Below are positions 51,913 through 61,247 of a stretch of DNA of 64,000 bases, piece after piece. Every line of letters begins with the position of its first letter. Position 1 is the stretch's first letter. The position numbers and the translations under genes were made by a program. This DNA is from an uncultured Desulfohalobiaceae bacterium (lineage in GTDB: Bacteria; Desulfobacterota; Desulfovibrionia; Desulfovibrionales; Desulfothermaceae). The stretch lies in the NCBI GenBank assembly GCA_964403955.1, contig CAYOID010000006.1, forward strand, positions 3,867 to 67,866. Direction: 5' to 3'. A model generated the notes under the pieces. It searched no databases and had not been told where the DNA came from. It saw only the letters and a program-made list of their open reading frames with translations.

Positions 51913-53226
51913 ATGATCGAACGTTACACCCGCCCGGAAATGGGAAAGATCTGGAGCCTGGAGAACAAGTTTCGGACCTGGTTGAAAGTCGAAGTGGCCG
52001 TTTGCGAGGCCTGGCACGAACTCGGTGACATCCCGGCCCAGGCCATGCAGGAGATCAGGGACAAGGCCGATTTTGAGCTGGAGCGGATCCTGGAGCTGGA
52101 AGAACAGACCAAGCACGATGTGATCGCCTTTCTGAGCGCTGTGGAGGAAAAGGTCGGCCCGGCTGCCAGGTACATCCACCTTGGGTGCACTTCATCCGAT
52201 ATCGTGGACACTGCAAACTCCGTCCTTTTGTCCCAGGCCGGGGAAATGATTCTGGATGACCTGAAAATGTTCACCCAGGTCCTGAAAGACGCGGCCTTTG
52301 CCGCCAAGGGCCGCCTGACCATGGGACGGACCCACGGCATCCATGCTGAACCCACCAGCTTCGGGTTGAAGATGGCCGGCTGCTATGCCGAGTTCAAAAG
52401 GCATGAGCAACGCTTCCAGGAGGCCCTGGACACTGTCCGAGTGGGCAAAATATCCGGAGCTGTCGGCACTTACGCCCATCTGAGCCCGGAGCTGGAAGCC
52501 CGGGCCTGCAAGCGTCTGGGCCTGATTCCGGACCCAATTTCCACCCAGATCGTCCAACGGGACCGCTACGCCCATTTCTTTTCCACCCTGGCCTTGATCG
52601 GCGGCGGGATCGAACGACTGGCCACCGAACTCAGGCACCTGCAGCGAACAGAGGTCCTTGAAGTGGAAGAGGGGTTCAGCAAGGGTCAGAAAGGGTCCTC
52701 AGCCATGCCGCACAAGAAAAACCCCATTTCAGCCGAAAACCTGTGCGGCCTGGCCAGGCTGGTCCGCACCAACAGCCTGGCCGCTCTGGAGAACATGGCC
52801 CTGTGGCATGAGCGCGACATCAGCCACTCCTCGGTGGAAAGGGTCATCATGCCCGATTCCACCATCCTGATTGACTACATGCTCAACCGCATGGCAGGGG
52901 TGCTCAGGACTCTGCGCATCATCCCCGAGAATATGGACAAGAACTTGCGCGGCTCTTATGGACTCTTCTTTTCCCAGCGGGTCCTTCTGGGACTGGTGGA
53001 GTCCGGGCTTCCCCGCCAGCAGGCCTATGAAATGGTCCAGAAAGTGGCCATGCAGGCCTGGGACCAGCAGCAGTCCTTTGAAGAACTGATCAGGAAAACC
53101 CCCGACATATCTGCCCGCTTGAGCCCCCAGGCCCTGGATGAGCTGTTTGACCCAGCCTATTATTTGCGCTATGAAGACCTCATCTTTGATCGGGTTTTCA
53201 AAGGCTTGGACAACGAACAACCTTGA
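51913..53226 (+). CDS. purB: adenylosuccinate lyase
   Basis: The motifs MIERYTRPEMGKIWSLENKF...GSSAMPHKKNP fit PurB. ATG 51910 is an alternative start. Confidence 0.95.
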   Translation: MIERYTRPEMGKIWSLENKFRTWLKVEVAVCEAWHELGDIPAQAMQEIRDKADFELERILELEEQTKHDVIAFLSAVEEKVGPAARYIHLGCTSSDIVDTANSVLLSQAGEMILDDLKMFTQVLKDAAFAAKGRLTMGRTHGIHAEPTSFGLKMAGCYAEFKRHEQRFQEALDTVRVGKISGAVGTYAHLSPELEARACKRLGLIPDPISTQIVQRDRYAHFFSTLALIGGGIERLATELRHLQRTEVLEVEEGFSKGQKGSSAMPHKKNPISAENLCGLARLVRTNSLAALENMALWHERDISHSSVERVIMPDSTILIDYMLNRMAGVLRTLRIIPENMDKNLRGSYGLFFSQRVLLGLVESGLPRQQAYEMVQKVAMQAWDQQQSFEELIRKTPDISARLSPQALDELFDPAYYLRYEDLIFDRVFKGLDNEQP

Positions 53227-53259
53227 CCGGCCCTGGTATGGCCCTGATATGGCCCTGAT

Positions 53260-53832
53260 ATGGACAGAAAAGCTCGACTCGCTCGTCTCTTGTTGGACAA
53301 ATCCTACATCGAGGGTCAGGTCACCCTGACCTCCGGCAAGACGAGCGACTACTACTTCGACTGCAAACAGACCGCCCTGCATCCTGAAGGGGCTTATCTG
53401 TTGGGACATCTCCTTTTTGAACGTCTCCAGGGGGCTGTGCAGGGGGTTGCGGGCATGACCCTGGGGGCTGACCCTCTGGTCACCGCAGTGAGCCTGGTAT
53501 CCCACCTGCAGGGGTGGCCTTTGCCGGGATGCATCGTGCGCAAGAAGCCCAAAGGCCACGGGACCGATCAGTTCCTGGAAGGCATGGCCAATTTTGCCCA
53601 GGGCAACCGCATTGCCCTGCTCGAGGATGTGGTCACCACCGGAGGAAGCGTGCTCACGGCCTGCGAACGGGTCAAGGCCGCCGGGCTGAGTATCCTTCAG
53701 GTCATCTGCATCCTGGACCGGGAGGAAGGGGGCCGGGAGGCTCTTGAGCAAAAGGGATTCGCTCTCGAGTCCATCTACACCAGAGCGGAGCTCCTGAAAT
53801 GGGGCCGGGCATCAGTGACCTCCCCTGCTTGA
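53260..53832 (+). CDS. pyrE: orotate phosphoribosyltransferase
   Basis: ORF track, 190 aa, with ...LTSGKTSDYYFDCK... and the PRPP motif ALLEDVVTTGGS. Confidence 0.92.
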   Translation: MDRKARLARLLLDKSYIEGQVTLTSGKTSDYYFDCKQTALHPEGAYLLGHLLFERLQGAVQGVAGMTLGADPLVTAVSLVSHLQGWPLPGCIVRKKPKGHGTDQFLEGMANFAQGNRIALLEDVVTTGGSVLTACERVKAAGLSILQVICILDREEGGREALEQKGFALESIYTRAELLKWGRASVTSPA

Positions 53833-53862
53833 ACACGTCGACGAACCACCTGACCGGGACCT

Positions 53863-55164
53863 GTGAAGCAGACCATCCAACAGCCACTTTTCCGATCAGC
53901 GCACCTGGTATGTGCCTTGGCCTTCCTGGTCCTGGTTCTCCAGTCATCAGCTCACAGCAGTCCGGTCGTCATCCCTGCCAATCCCTTTGGACCGAAAACC
54001 TTTCTCACTGTGGACAAGGCCCGGCAAGTCGTCTCACTCTGGCAGCGCAAGAGCCCCCTCCAGACTGTCTGGTCCTCTGTCTGCTCAACTGGAAGCCAAG
54101 CCGGGGACAAGCAGGTGGAAGGGGATCGGCGCACCCCGGAAGGTGTCTATTTCCTGGAACAACGGATGAACGGCAATCTGGGCCTGGAGCTCTATGGCAA
54201 TCTGGCCTATGTCTTGAACTACCCCAATCCTGTGGACCGCCTCAGAGGGAAAACCGGCTACGGCATCTGGCTGCACGGTCGGGGCAAAACTCTCCTGCCC
54301 CGGGACACCCAGGGTTGTGTGGCCATGCAGACCAAAGAGCTGCGTGAGCTTGGACAGCACTTCAAGTTGAGTCAAACCCCGGTCCTGATCGGGACCACCA
54401 GCTCCTCTCAAAAGGACGGCCAGGAGCTTGACACCTCAGCCAGAGAGCTGAAATCACGCCTTCAGGCCTGGGTCCGGGCCTGGGAGCAGCAATCCGGCCA
54501 GTTTTTCTCTTTTTACCACCCAAACAAGTTCTCCCGATCCGGCTCCGTGCCTTTCAGGAATTTCCAGTCCCGGAAAGAGAACCTCTTCCGCCTTTACTCC
54601 TGGATCGACATCTACCTGGATCACCTGCAGATCATCCCTGGACCGGGATACTGGGTGACCTCCTTTGGGCAGTACTTCAGGAGCCCCTCCTTCCAGTCTC
54701 AGGGAGTGAAACGCCTGTACTGGCAGAAAACGGAACAGGGTGTATGGAAAATCGTCGGTCGGGAATGGGTTCCTCTGGATCTGGAGCTGGAAGAGGCCTA
54801 CCTTCGCCAGGCCGGATCCAGAATCAAGATGTGGCTCCAGGACTGGAAATCCGCATGGGAAGAGGCCGATCTCCCGGCGTACCTGGACAGTTATCATCCC
54901 GAAGCCACTCAGGATGCCCGGTCCGGCAGAGCAGCCATTCAGGATCACAAAGAAACAATCTGGGCCCGGGAAAGACCTGCAAGCATTCAATTGGAGAACA
55001 TCCAAGTCCAATCCGCAGACTCGGGATTCCAGGTCACCTTCCTGCAACGCTACCAGGGAAGACAGGGATACACGGACACCGGTATCAAGTCATTGCTCCT
55101 GGAACCACAACCCGATACATTCCGAATCGTTCGGGAAACCTGGAGACCTCTGTCCTCTTCATGA
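53863..55164 (+). CDS. L,D-transpeptidase (YkuD) domain protein with C-terminal extension
   Basis: It uses a GTG start and has a signal peptide. The motifs GDRRTPEGVYFL...GIWLHGRGK...TQGCVAM show the catalytic His and Cys pattern. Confidence 0.85.
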   Translation: MKQTIQQPLFRSAHLVCALAFLVLVLQSSAHSSPVVIPANPFGPKTFLTVDKARQVVSLWQRKSPLQTVWSSVCSTGSQAGDKQVEGDRRTPEGVYFLEQRMNGNLGLELYGNLAYVLNYPNPVDRLRGKTGYGIWLHGRGKTLLPRDTQGCVAMQTKELRELGQHFKLSQTPVLIGTTSSSQKDGQELDTSARELKSRLQAWVRAWEQQSGQFFSFYHPNKFSRSGSVPFRNFQSRKENLFRLYSWIDIYLDHLQIIPGPGYWVTSFGQYFRSPSFQSQGVKRLYWQKTEQGVWKIVGREWVPLDLELEEAYLRQAGSRIKMWLQDWKSAWEEADLPAYLDSYHPEATQDARSGRAAIQDHKETIWARERPASIQLENIQVQSADSGFQVTFLQRYQGRQGYTDTGIKSLLLEPQPDTFRIVRETWRPLSSS

Positions 55165-56930
55165 GACTTCGCCTGGACCTCATCATCTTTCGCCGGCCAA
55201 CATCAGTTTTGATCATGGCTTTCATTGTCCTGACCGGATTGATCCATTCCCAGAAGGCCTCCTGCCAGATCACGGAACCGTATACCTTTTTCTCCCAGAC
55301 CCAATTCCCCCTGGAAGCCATCTTTATCCAGGGCGACCAGCCCGGACCCACAGTCATGGTCCAGGGCGGCATCCAAGGCGATGAACCAGCGGGCTATCTG
55401 ACTGCCGAGCTTTTGACCCGGGCCAGGGTCCTGTCCGGGAATCTGATCGTGGTCCCTCGGGCCAATCTCCCGGCCGTCCTGGCCAGGACCAGATCGGTGA
55501 ATGTTGATCTGAACCGGCGCTTCGACACCGACTATCACCAGTTTTACGAAGACACGTTAGCCCGGGCCATTCGCTTCCTGGTCCGGCAGAGCGATGCCCT
55601 GATCCATCTCCATGAAGGCTCTGGATTCTACAATCCCGAACATATCGACTCTCTGCGCAATCCCAAACGGTATGGCCAATCGCTGATCATCGACACCGCC
55701 GTCTTCCAGAACCGGATCTTCCTGGCCCGAACAGTCCAGCAGGTTTTGCCCCGTTTGAACGCCAAGATCGTTCCGGCCACCTATCATTTTCAGCTCTTCA
55801 ACACCAAGACCCATTCAGAGACATCCCAGCATCCGGAACAGAGAAAATCCCTGACCTATTTCGCCTTGAATGAAGCCAATATTCCTGCTGTGGCCGTGGA
55901 GGTGAGCAAAGACATCGCCAACCTGAAATGGAAGGTCAGGCACCAGTTCAGAGCCACCCAGAAGCTCCTGCAGCAATTCGGGGTGGACATCGTCTTCCCT
56001 GACCTCTCCCGGATGATCAACCAGTCCCTCATGGAGCCTCAGAACACCACGTGCTCGGTCAACTCAAAGCCTCTGAACCCGCGCGGAACATCCACCATTG
56101 AACTCAAGTCCCCATTGTCCTTTGCCTGCACCTCTTCCTTAGAGTCTCTCTTTTCCCCGAAGCTTGGGCTCTATGCCTCAGACGGGCATGGCCGGAACCT
56201 GCTTCAGGCCAAAACCCTGATGCTGCATCCCAGCGAAACCCTGCGTCTGGTGGCTGACGGCAAGCCCTTTCAGACCTTCAACCTCGACTGGTCACGGGCT
56301 GATCAGCCCCTTTATTATTCTTCAGAGCCGGTCTTTGTCTGCAGCTTGAACGGAAAAATCCGCCTCATCCCTGCCGGAGACGAGCTGGAGGCTGTGGAAG
56401 GGGATCGACTCGTGCTTCTCGGGATCTGGAACGGCGAAGCAGACGAAGTCCTCAACCTCAAGGGCTATGTCAGTCAGACCGGATACAACAGCGGCCAGGA
56501 CGCGGGTCATGAAATCGTCCTCTACCCCGAGATCTTCATCCAGCGCTACCTGCTGCAGTCCAGGCACCCTGGAGACTGGCGCTGTGAAGTGGTCCGGGAG
56601 ACAAAAGACAAAAAAAGATCCCGGATGACCATTCGGGTCTTGCCTCGAAAAGTCCGAGGGATTACACTTCGTTCAGAAAAAGAAAGGTCATTTGTCCTGC
56701 CTTTTGAACCTGGGGCGCAATGCTCCCTCCAACCCGGGTCATACACCCTGGAACAGGTCCTGGCCAAGGAGGGCACTTCTCTGATTTGCCCTGTCATCCA
56801 AGGACGCCCACGATCCTGGGGCGACTCTTTCAGCATCAACGAAGGAGAAGACAAGACCTTGCAACTCTTTCTGGCCACCACCTTCGAGCCTCTGGGGCAA
56901 ATGACCTTTTCCGGAACCAAACGCTACTAG
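55161..56930 (+). CDS. M14/M99-type peptidoglycan carboxypeptidase, Csd4/Pgp1-like
   Basis: The start has an ATGA overlap with the previous stop. The motifs VMVQGGIQGDEPAG...VVPRANLPAV...DLNRRF...IHLHEG fit the family. Gln replaces the usual first zinc-ligand His. Confidence 0.75.
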   Translation: MRLRLDLIIFRRPTSVLIMAFIVLTGLIHSQKASCQITEPYTFFSQTQFPLEAIFIQGDQPGPTVMVQGGIQGDEPAGYLTAELLTRARVLSGNLIVVPRANLPAVLARTRSVNVDLNRRFDTDYHQFYEDTLARAIRFLVRQSDALIHLHEGSGFYNPEHIDSLRNPKRYGQSLIIDTAVFQNRIFLARTVQQVLPRLNAKIVPATYHFQLFNTKTHSETSQHPEQRKSLTYFALNEANIPAVAVEVSKDIANLKWKVRHQFRATQKLLQQFGVDIVFPDLSRMINQSLMEPQNTTCSVNSKPLNPRGTSTIELKSPLSFACTSSLESLFSPKLGLYASDGHGRNLLQAKTLMLHPSETLRLVADGKPFQTFNLDWSRADQPLYYSSEPVFVCSLNGKIRLIPAGDELEAVEGDRLVLLGIWNGEADEVLNLKGYVSQTGYNSGQDAGHEIVLYPEIFIQRYLLQSRHPGDWRCEVVRETKDKKRSRMTIRVLPRKVRGITLRSEKERSFVLPFEPGAQCSLQPGSYTLEQVLAKEGTSLICPVIQGRPRSWGDSFSINEGEDKTLQLFLATTFEPLGQMTFSGTKRY

Positions 56931-56938
56931 GAGAGTTC

Positions 56939-57772
56939 ATGGGCTGTTTTTTTGTGAATCTCCCCATTCGGTATGCGGCTGAGGACCCCTCCCTGCTGGA
57001 TTATTTCCTGGAAAAAGAAATCAACCCTGAACTCGGGCTGGACGCTCTGGCCCTGGATGAGTTTGATGCAGACTGGCACCGTCGGCTGGCGGACAAGCTC
57101 AAGGCCCACGGCCGGCCCTGCTCCATCCATCTTCCGTTCCATGACCTCCAGCCCGGAAGCATCGATGACCTGGTCCTTTCAGCCACCAGGCAGCGTCTCA
57201 AACAGTCCATGAGAATAGCCGGCCTGTATGAGCCGCGGTATCTGGTGGGTCATGCCTACTTCATCCCCCTGTATTCGGACATGTTCTCCAAGTGGCTGAA
57301 TCGAGCCACCACGACCTGGAAGCAGGTTCTGGAGGAGTGGCCCGGGGAATCCCCTCCCCCTCTGTACCTGGAAAACGTCCGGGAAAAGGATCCCCGCCCC
57401 TTGGAAGACCTGATGTGCGAGCTGGCGAAATACAATGTCAAGTTCTGCCTGGACATCGGCCACTGGGCCAGCTACGGAAGCGGCAGCCAGTACAAGAACC
57501 TGCCCCTGTGGATCCAGACCATGGGCCCTTACCTCGACCATCTCCACCTGCACGACAACGACGGCATCGCCGACATGCATCTTGGCCTTGGCCAGGGGTC
57601 GATCCCCTGGAACGAGCTCTTTTCCGGGCTCGATTTTCTCGATCTCCAACCCAGCTTTGCTCTGGAACCCCATTCCAAGGAGGACCTTGAACAGAGCTGT
57701 TCCTTCATTGCCAAGCACATCTTCTGGTTTACAAGGCTCGGAGTGAATCACTGCGACATACCTGAACTCTGA
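56939..57772 (+). CDS. xylose-isomerase-like TIM-barrel protein (AP endonuclease 2 superfamily)
   Basis: Internal start MGCFFVNLPIRY..., with CSIHLPFHDLQPGS...YLENV...HLHLHDNDG...ALEP. Confidence 0.7.
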   Translation: MGCFFVNLPIRYAAEDPSLLDYFLEKEINPELGLDALALDEFDADWHRRLADKLKAHGRPCSIHLPFHDLQPGSIDDLVLSATRQRLKQSMRIAGLYEPRYLVGHAYFIPLYSDMFSKWLNRATTTWKQVLEEWPGESPPPLYLENVREKDPRPLEDLMCELAKYNVKFCLDIGHWASYGSGSQYKNLPLWIQTMGPYLDHLHLHDNDGIADMHLGLGQGSIPWNELFSGLDFLDLQPSFALEPHSKEDLEQSCSFIAKHIFWFTRLGVNHCDIPEL

Positions 57773-58671
57773 ACCTGATCAAGAATCTGGGTCAGGAGCC
57801 CCTGGTCCACGGCATAGGCCTTTGTCCAGGGCGGCTCGAGGGTGAAGGCCCTCTCCTGCCAGGAGAGGTGACAGGCATGCAGCAGCAGGCCCTGACCCGA
57901 TGACGGCCCGCCGTGCTTTTTGTCCCCAAGCACTGGATGCCCCCGTTTGGAGAGCTGAATGCGGATCTGATGCTTGCGCCCTGTGAGCAGTTGCACGGCC
58001 ACCAGGCTGCATCCCTGGATGCGCTTGAGGGTCAGGATCCTGGATTGGGCCATGACCGTGCGGGTTGATTTGACCTTTCGCCTGGAAACTGTCTGCTGGA
58101 GATGGTCCTCGACCAGAGTCCAGTCCAGCCAGCCTGTCCGGCCCTCAACCCAGGCCAGATAGATCTTGGTCACTTCCCCCTTCCGCCACAGGCTCTGGAG
58201 AGCCTGCAGTGCGGCGTAGCTTTTGGCCAGGACCAGGAGCCCGGATGTCTCTTTGTCCAGGCGATGCACCAGGGTGGGCATCCAATCGGCCTGGGCATAA
58301 GCCTGCCTGACCCGGTCCACAACACTGTCGGTCTGCTTGCTCCCGGGTTGGGTCGGCAGGTTTGGAGGCTTGGCCACAACGAGCAGGTCCCCGTCTTCGA
58401 AGACCCGGCGCAGAAGGAAGGGGTTGGATTCCTGGCCGGCGGCCAGCGGGGAGTGGTCAGCCGGGGTGTAGGGGGGGATGCGAACGTCCTGGCCCTCGTG
58501 GACCCTGTCAAAAGGCTTGACCCGGGACCCATCCACCCTGACCTGACCGGTCCTGATCCAGCGCATCAGGGCCGAGCGGGGCATTTTCCCCTCCACAGTT
58601 CTCTCCAGGAACTGAATCAGCTTCTGGCCGGCCTCTGGCCTGGTCACAATCACATGGGATACCCTGGACAT
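57748..58671 (-). CDS. RluA-family pseudouridine synthase with S4-like N-domain
   Basis: Internal start MSRVSHVIV..., with the catalytic motif HRLDKETSGLLVLAK. Confidence 0.88.
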   Translation of the reverse strand: MSRVSHVIVTRPEAGQKLIQFLERTVEGKMPRSALMRWIRTGQVRVDGSRVKPFDRVHEGQDVRIPPYTPADHSPLAAGQESNPFLLRRVFEDGDLLVVAKPPNLPTQPGSKQTDSVVDRVRQAYAQADWMPTLVHRLDKETSGLLVLAKSYAALQALQSLWRKGEVTKIYLAWVEGRTGWLDWTLVEDHLQQTVSRRKVKSTRTVMAQSRILTLKRIQGCSLVAVQLLTGRKHQIRIQLSKRGHPVLGDKKHGGPSSGQGLLLHACHLSWQERAFTLEPPWTKAYAVDQGLLTQILDQVQSSGMSQ

Positions 58672-58835
58672 GACTGGGAAGGTACAGCCAAGGGAGGACG
58701 TGTGCAACCATGTTGTCGGGGTTCGGACGAGGCTCTTGCCACCGGCGGCGTCAAAAGGTCTTCATTTTACACCAGCAAGGCAATTCTGTACTCTGAAGAT
58801 CGGTCTACCCAAGCACTGACCAAAGGTGATTCCGC

Positions 58836-60947
58836 ATGACCGACAGCAGTCAATGGATCACGACCCATTGCAGCCGTATGGACCACGGAGGATGCAGGCT
58901 CAAGGTCCTGGTCGACAACAACCGGATCCTCAAAATCTCCGGGGACCATTCAGGGATCCTCAGTCGCGGGCATCTCTGCGCCAAGGGACGGGCCATGGGC
59001 GAAAAAAGGGACCATCCCTTGAGGCTCACCCACCCCCTGCGCCGGACCGGTCCCCGTGGCAGCGGGCAGTGGGAGCAGATCAGCTGGCCGGACGCCCTGG
59101 AATGCATCAGAGACAATCTGGACCGGATCAGGCAAAAGCACGGGGCCGGTTCTGTGGCCTTTTGCCAGGGGATGCCCAAGGGATTGGAGCACTTTGTGCT
59201 CATTCGCCTGGCCAACCTCTTTGGCTCGCCCAACGTGGTTGCGGTCCAGGATGTGTGTCATGCCCCAAGAGAGATCGCCGGGCTGTTGACCTGCGGTTTC
59301 TACCCAGTGCCAGACTTCACCCACCCTACCCGGCTCATCCTGCTCTGGGGCAGCAATATCGTCAGCACCAACGAAGAAGGTTCCATCTGCCGTCTGCCCT
59401 TGGAACAGATCCGACAGGGGGCAGAGCTGATCGTTGTCGATCCCTGCAGGACACCGCTGGCCGAAAAGGCTGACCTGTGGCTCCAAATCAAGCCCGGGAC
59501 CGACCTGGCCCTGGCCCTGGCCATGCTCCAGGTGATCACCTCTGAACAGCTCTTTGACCAGGACTTTGTCCACACCTGGACCTCTGGCCTGTCCGGACTG
59601 GAAGCCCATGTCCGACCCTGTACCCCGGAGTATATGGCAGAAGTGACCGGAGTGCCGGCTCAATCCATCAGGGAGGCGGCCAGGCGCTACGCCCGGGCCA
59701 GGCCAGCCACTCTTGGCTGGGGCAACCCCATCGAACACACGGTCAATGCCTTTGACGCCTCCAGGTCCCTGGTCCTGCTGATGGCCCTGTGCGGAAACCT
59801 GGATGTCCCTGGCGGAAACATACGGGCCATTGAACCCGGAACCCGGCCGCCCGGGCAGTTTGTCCTCTCCAGGATGCTGCCTGACAAGCGCCGGACCATG
59901 CTCAATGCTCATCATCAGGCCCTGCCCGGATTGATGACCGTGCCTCCGGCCTATTTTCGGCGGGCCGTGCTTCAGAATGAGCCCTATCCTGTCCGCGGGG
60001 CCTATATTCAGTGTTCAAACCCCATGCTCACCTGGGCCGAGAGCGAACTGACCAGGCAGAGCCTCATGGCCCTTGATTTCTGCGCCGTCTCCGAAGTGGT
60101 CATGACCCCTACCGCCCAGCTTGCAGACCTGGTCCTGCCGGCAGCAACCTCGCCTGAATTCAACGACATTGGCCATTACGGCCTGGGGCACGGCCTTGTC
60201 CTGGCCAGGCCCAAGGTTTTCGACCCGCCTGGGCACTGCTGGCCGGACATGAAGATTCTCAATGAGCTGGGCAAAATGCTGACCCCGGAAAATCTGTGGT
60301 TTTCAGATCACGAGGATCTTCTGGATCATCTTCTGGAACCGGCCGGGCTCGATTTTCAGGACCTGGTCCGCCATGGGGTCCTGAAAGGGGAAAAGGCTTT
60401 TCAGATCCATGAGCGCACCAGCTTCAAGACACGGTCCGGACTGGTGGAGCTCCAGCTGGCCCAGGCCGACCGCCTGGGCCAGCCACCCTATCCAGAGTGG
60501 GACGGCCCTCCTGAGGATCCTGACCCGAACTATCCCCTGCTCCTGACCACAGCCAAGAGCAGGGTCTTTCTGCACTCCTCCTACCGCTGGGTGCCTTCCC
60601 TGCGAAAAAGGCACCCCAGTCCCCGCTGCCTGATCCACCCTGAAACCGCGGCTTCTCTGGGCATAACCGACAATGCCCCTGTGCGCATCGAGACCAGGTC
60701 CGGGGCCATGACCCAGGTTGCCCATCTCACAGACAGGATTCGCCCGGATGTGGTCCAGGCCGACTACGGCTGGTGGTTCCCCGAGGCTGAGGCAGCCGCA
60801 CTCTTTCAGTGGGATCTGGCCAATTACAACCTGTTGACCTCAACCTCCTGGCTGGGACGGGCCTTTGGCACGCCGAACCTCAAGGGCCTCAACTGCCGCA
60901 TCAGACCTGCCGGCGCAGATTCTGGATGCTCTGAATTTGTCGATTGA
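58836..60947 (+). CDS. molybdopterin-dependent oxidoreductase (DMSO-reductase superfamily), cytoplasmic, atypical N-terminal Cys pattern
   Basis: ORF track, 703 aa, with no signal or Tat motif. The N-terminus HCSRMDHGGCRLKV...GHLCAKG replaces the canonical CxxCxxxC. It has a typical MopB body and a C-terminal barrel. Confidence 0.85.
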   Translation: MTDSSQWITTHCSRMDHGGCRLKVLVDNNRILKISGDHSGILSRGHLCAKGRAMGEKRDHPLRLTHPLRRTGPRGSGQWEQISWPDALECIRDNLDRIRQKHGAGSVAFCQGMPKGLEHFVLIRLANLFGSPNVVAVQDVCHAPREIAGLLTCGFYPVPDFTHPTRLILLWGSNIVSTNEEGSICRLPLEQIRQGAELIVVDPCRTPLAEKADLWLQIKPGTDLALALAMLQVITSEQLFDQDFVHTWTSGLSGLEAHVRPCTPEYMAEVTGVPAQSIREAARRYARARPATLGWGNPIEHTVNAFDASRSLVLLMALCGNLDVPGGNIRAIEPGTRPPGQFVLSRMLPDKRRTMLNAHHQALPGLMTVPPAYFRRAVLQNEPYPVRGAYIQCSNPMLTWAESELTRQSLMALDFCAVSEVVMTPTAQLADLVLPAATSPEFNDIGHYGLGHGLVLARPKVFDPPGHCWPDMKILNELGKMLTPENLWFSDHEDLLDHLLEPAGLDFQDLVRHGVLKGEKAFQIHERTSFKTRSGLVELQLAQADRLGQPPYPEWDGPPEDPDPNYPLLLTTAKSRVFLHSSYRWVPSLRKRHPSPRCLIHPETAASLGITDNAPVRIETRSGAMTQVAHLTDRIRPDVVQADYGWWFPEAEAAALFQWDLANYNLLTSTSWLGRAFGTPNLKGLNCRIRPAGADSGCSEFVD

Positions 60948-61025
60948 ATTGAGAGAGGGTCACAAAACAGTGAGGGCATTTGATAGAGCCACTTGAGAAC
61001 TTGAATGATGGTTGTCTTGTCTGAC

Positions 61026-61153
61026 GGGCGAGCGCCGCTTTGAAAGGGCGAGCGCCGCTCGCCCCTACAAACACGATCATCGCGTCAGGCCCTGGAGGTG
61101 CAAGACACCCTCATGCCTGATGACGGGCTTGTAGGGGCGACTGGCAGTCGCCC
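61026..61153. repeat. cluster of REP-like palindromes (GGGCGAGCGCCGCTCGCCCCTAC and variant GTAGGGGCGACTGGCAGTCGCCCC)
   Basis: Three copies or part-copies lie in the spacer before mutY. It is the same family as 11413-11435 and 33459-33526. Confidence 0.7.
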
Positions 61154-61247
61154 CTCGAGGGGGTCAATTTTCGTTGTCGTCCCCTGGGATATGTTTATTT
61201 CGCTGCGTTCCCTTAGCATTACAGCGAAAGTTCATTCGATTGCCCTC

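Noticed and set aside
54744-55160. N-terminal 139-codon extension of the Csd4-like ORF (track start 54744)
   Set aside because: The extension overlaps the L,D-transpeptidase in another frame and is Arg/Gly/Ser-rich. The ATG at 55161 gives a signal-anchor-like N-terminus and an ATGA coupling with the upstream stop.
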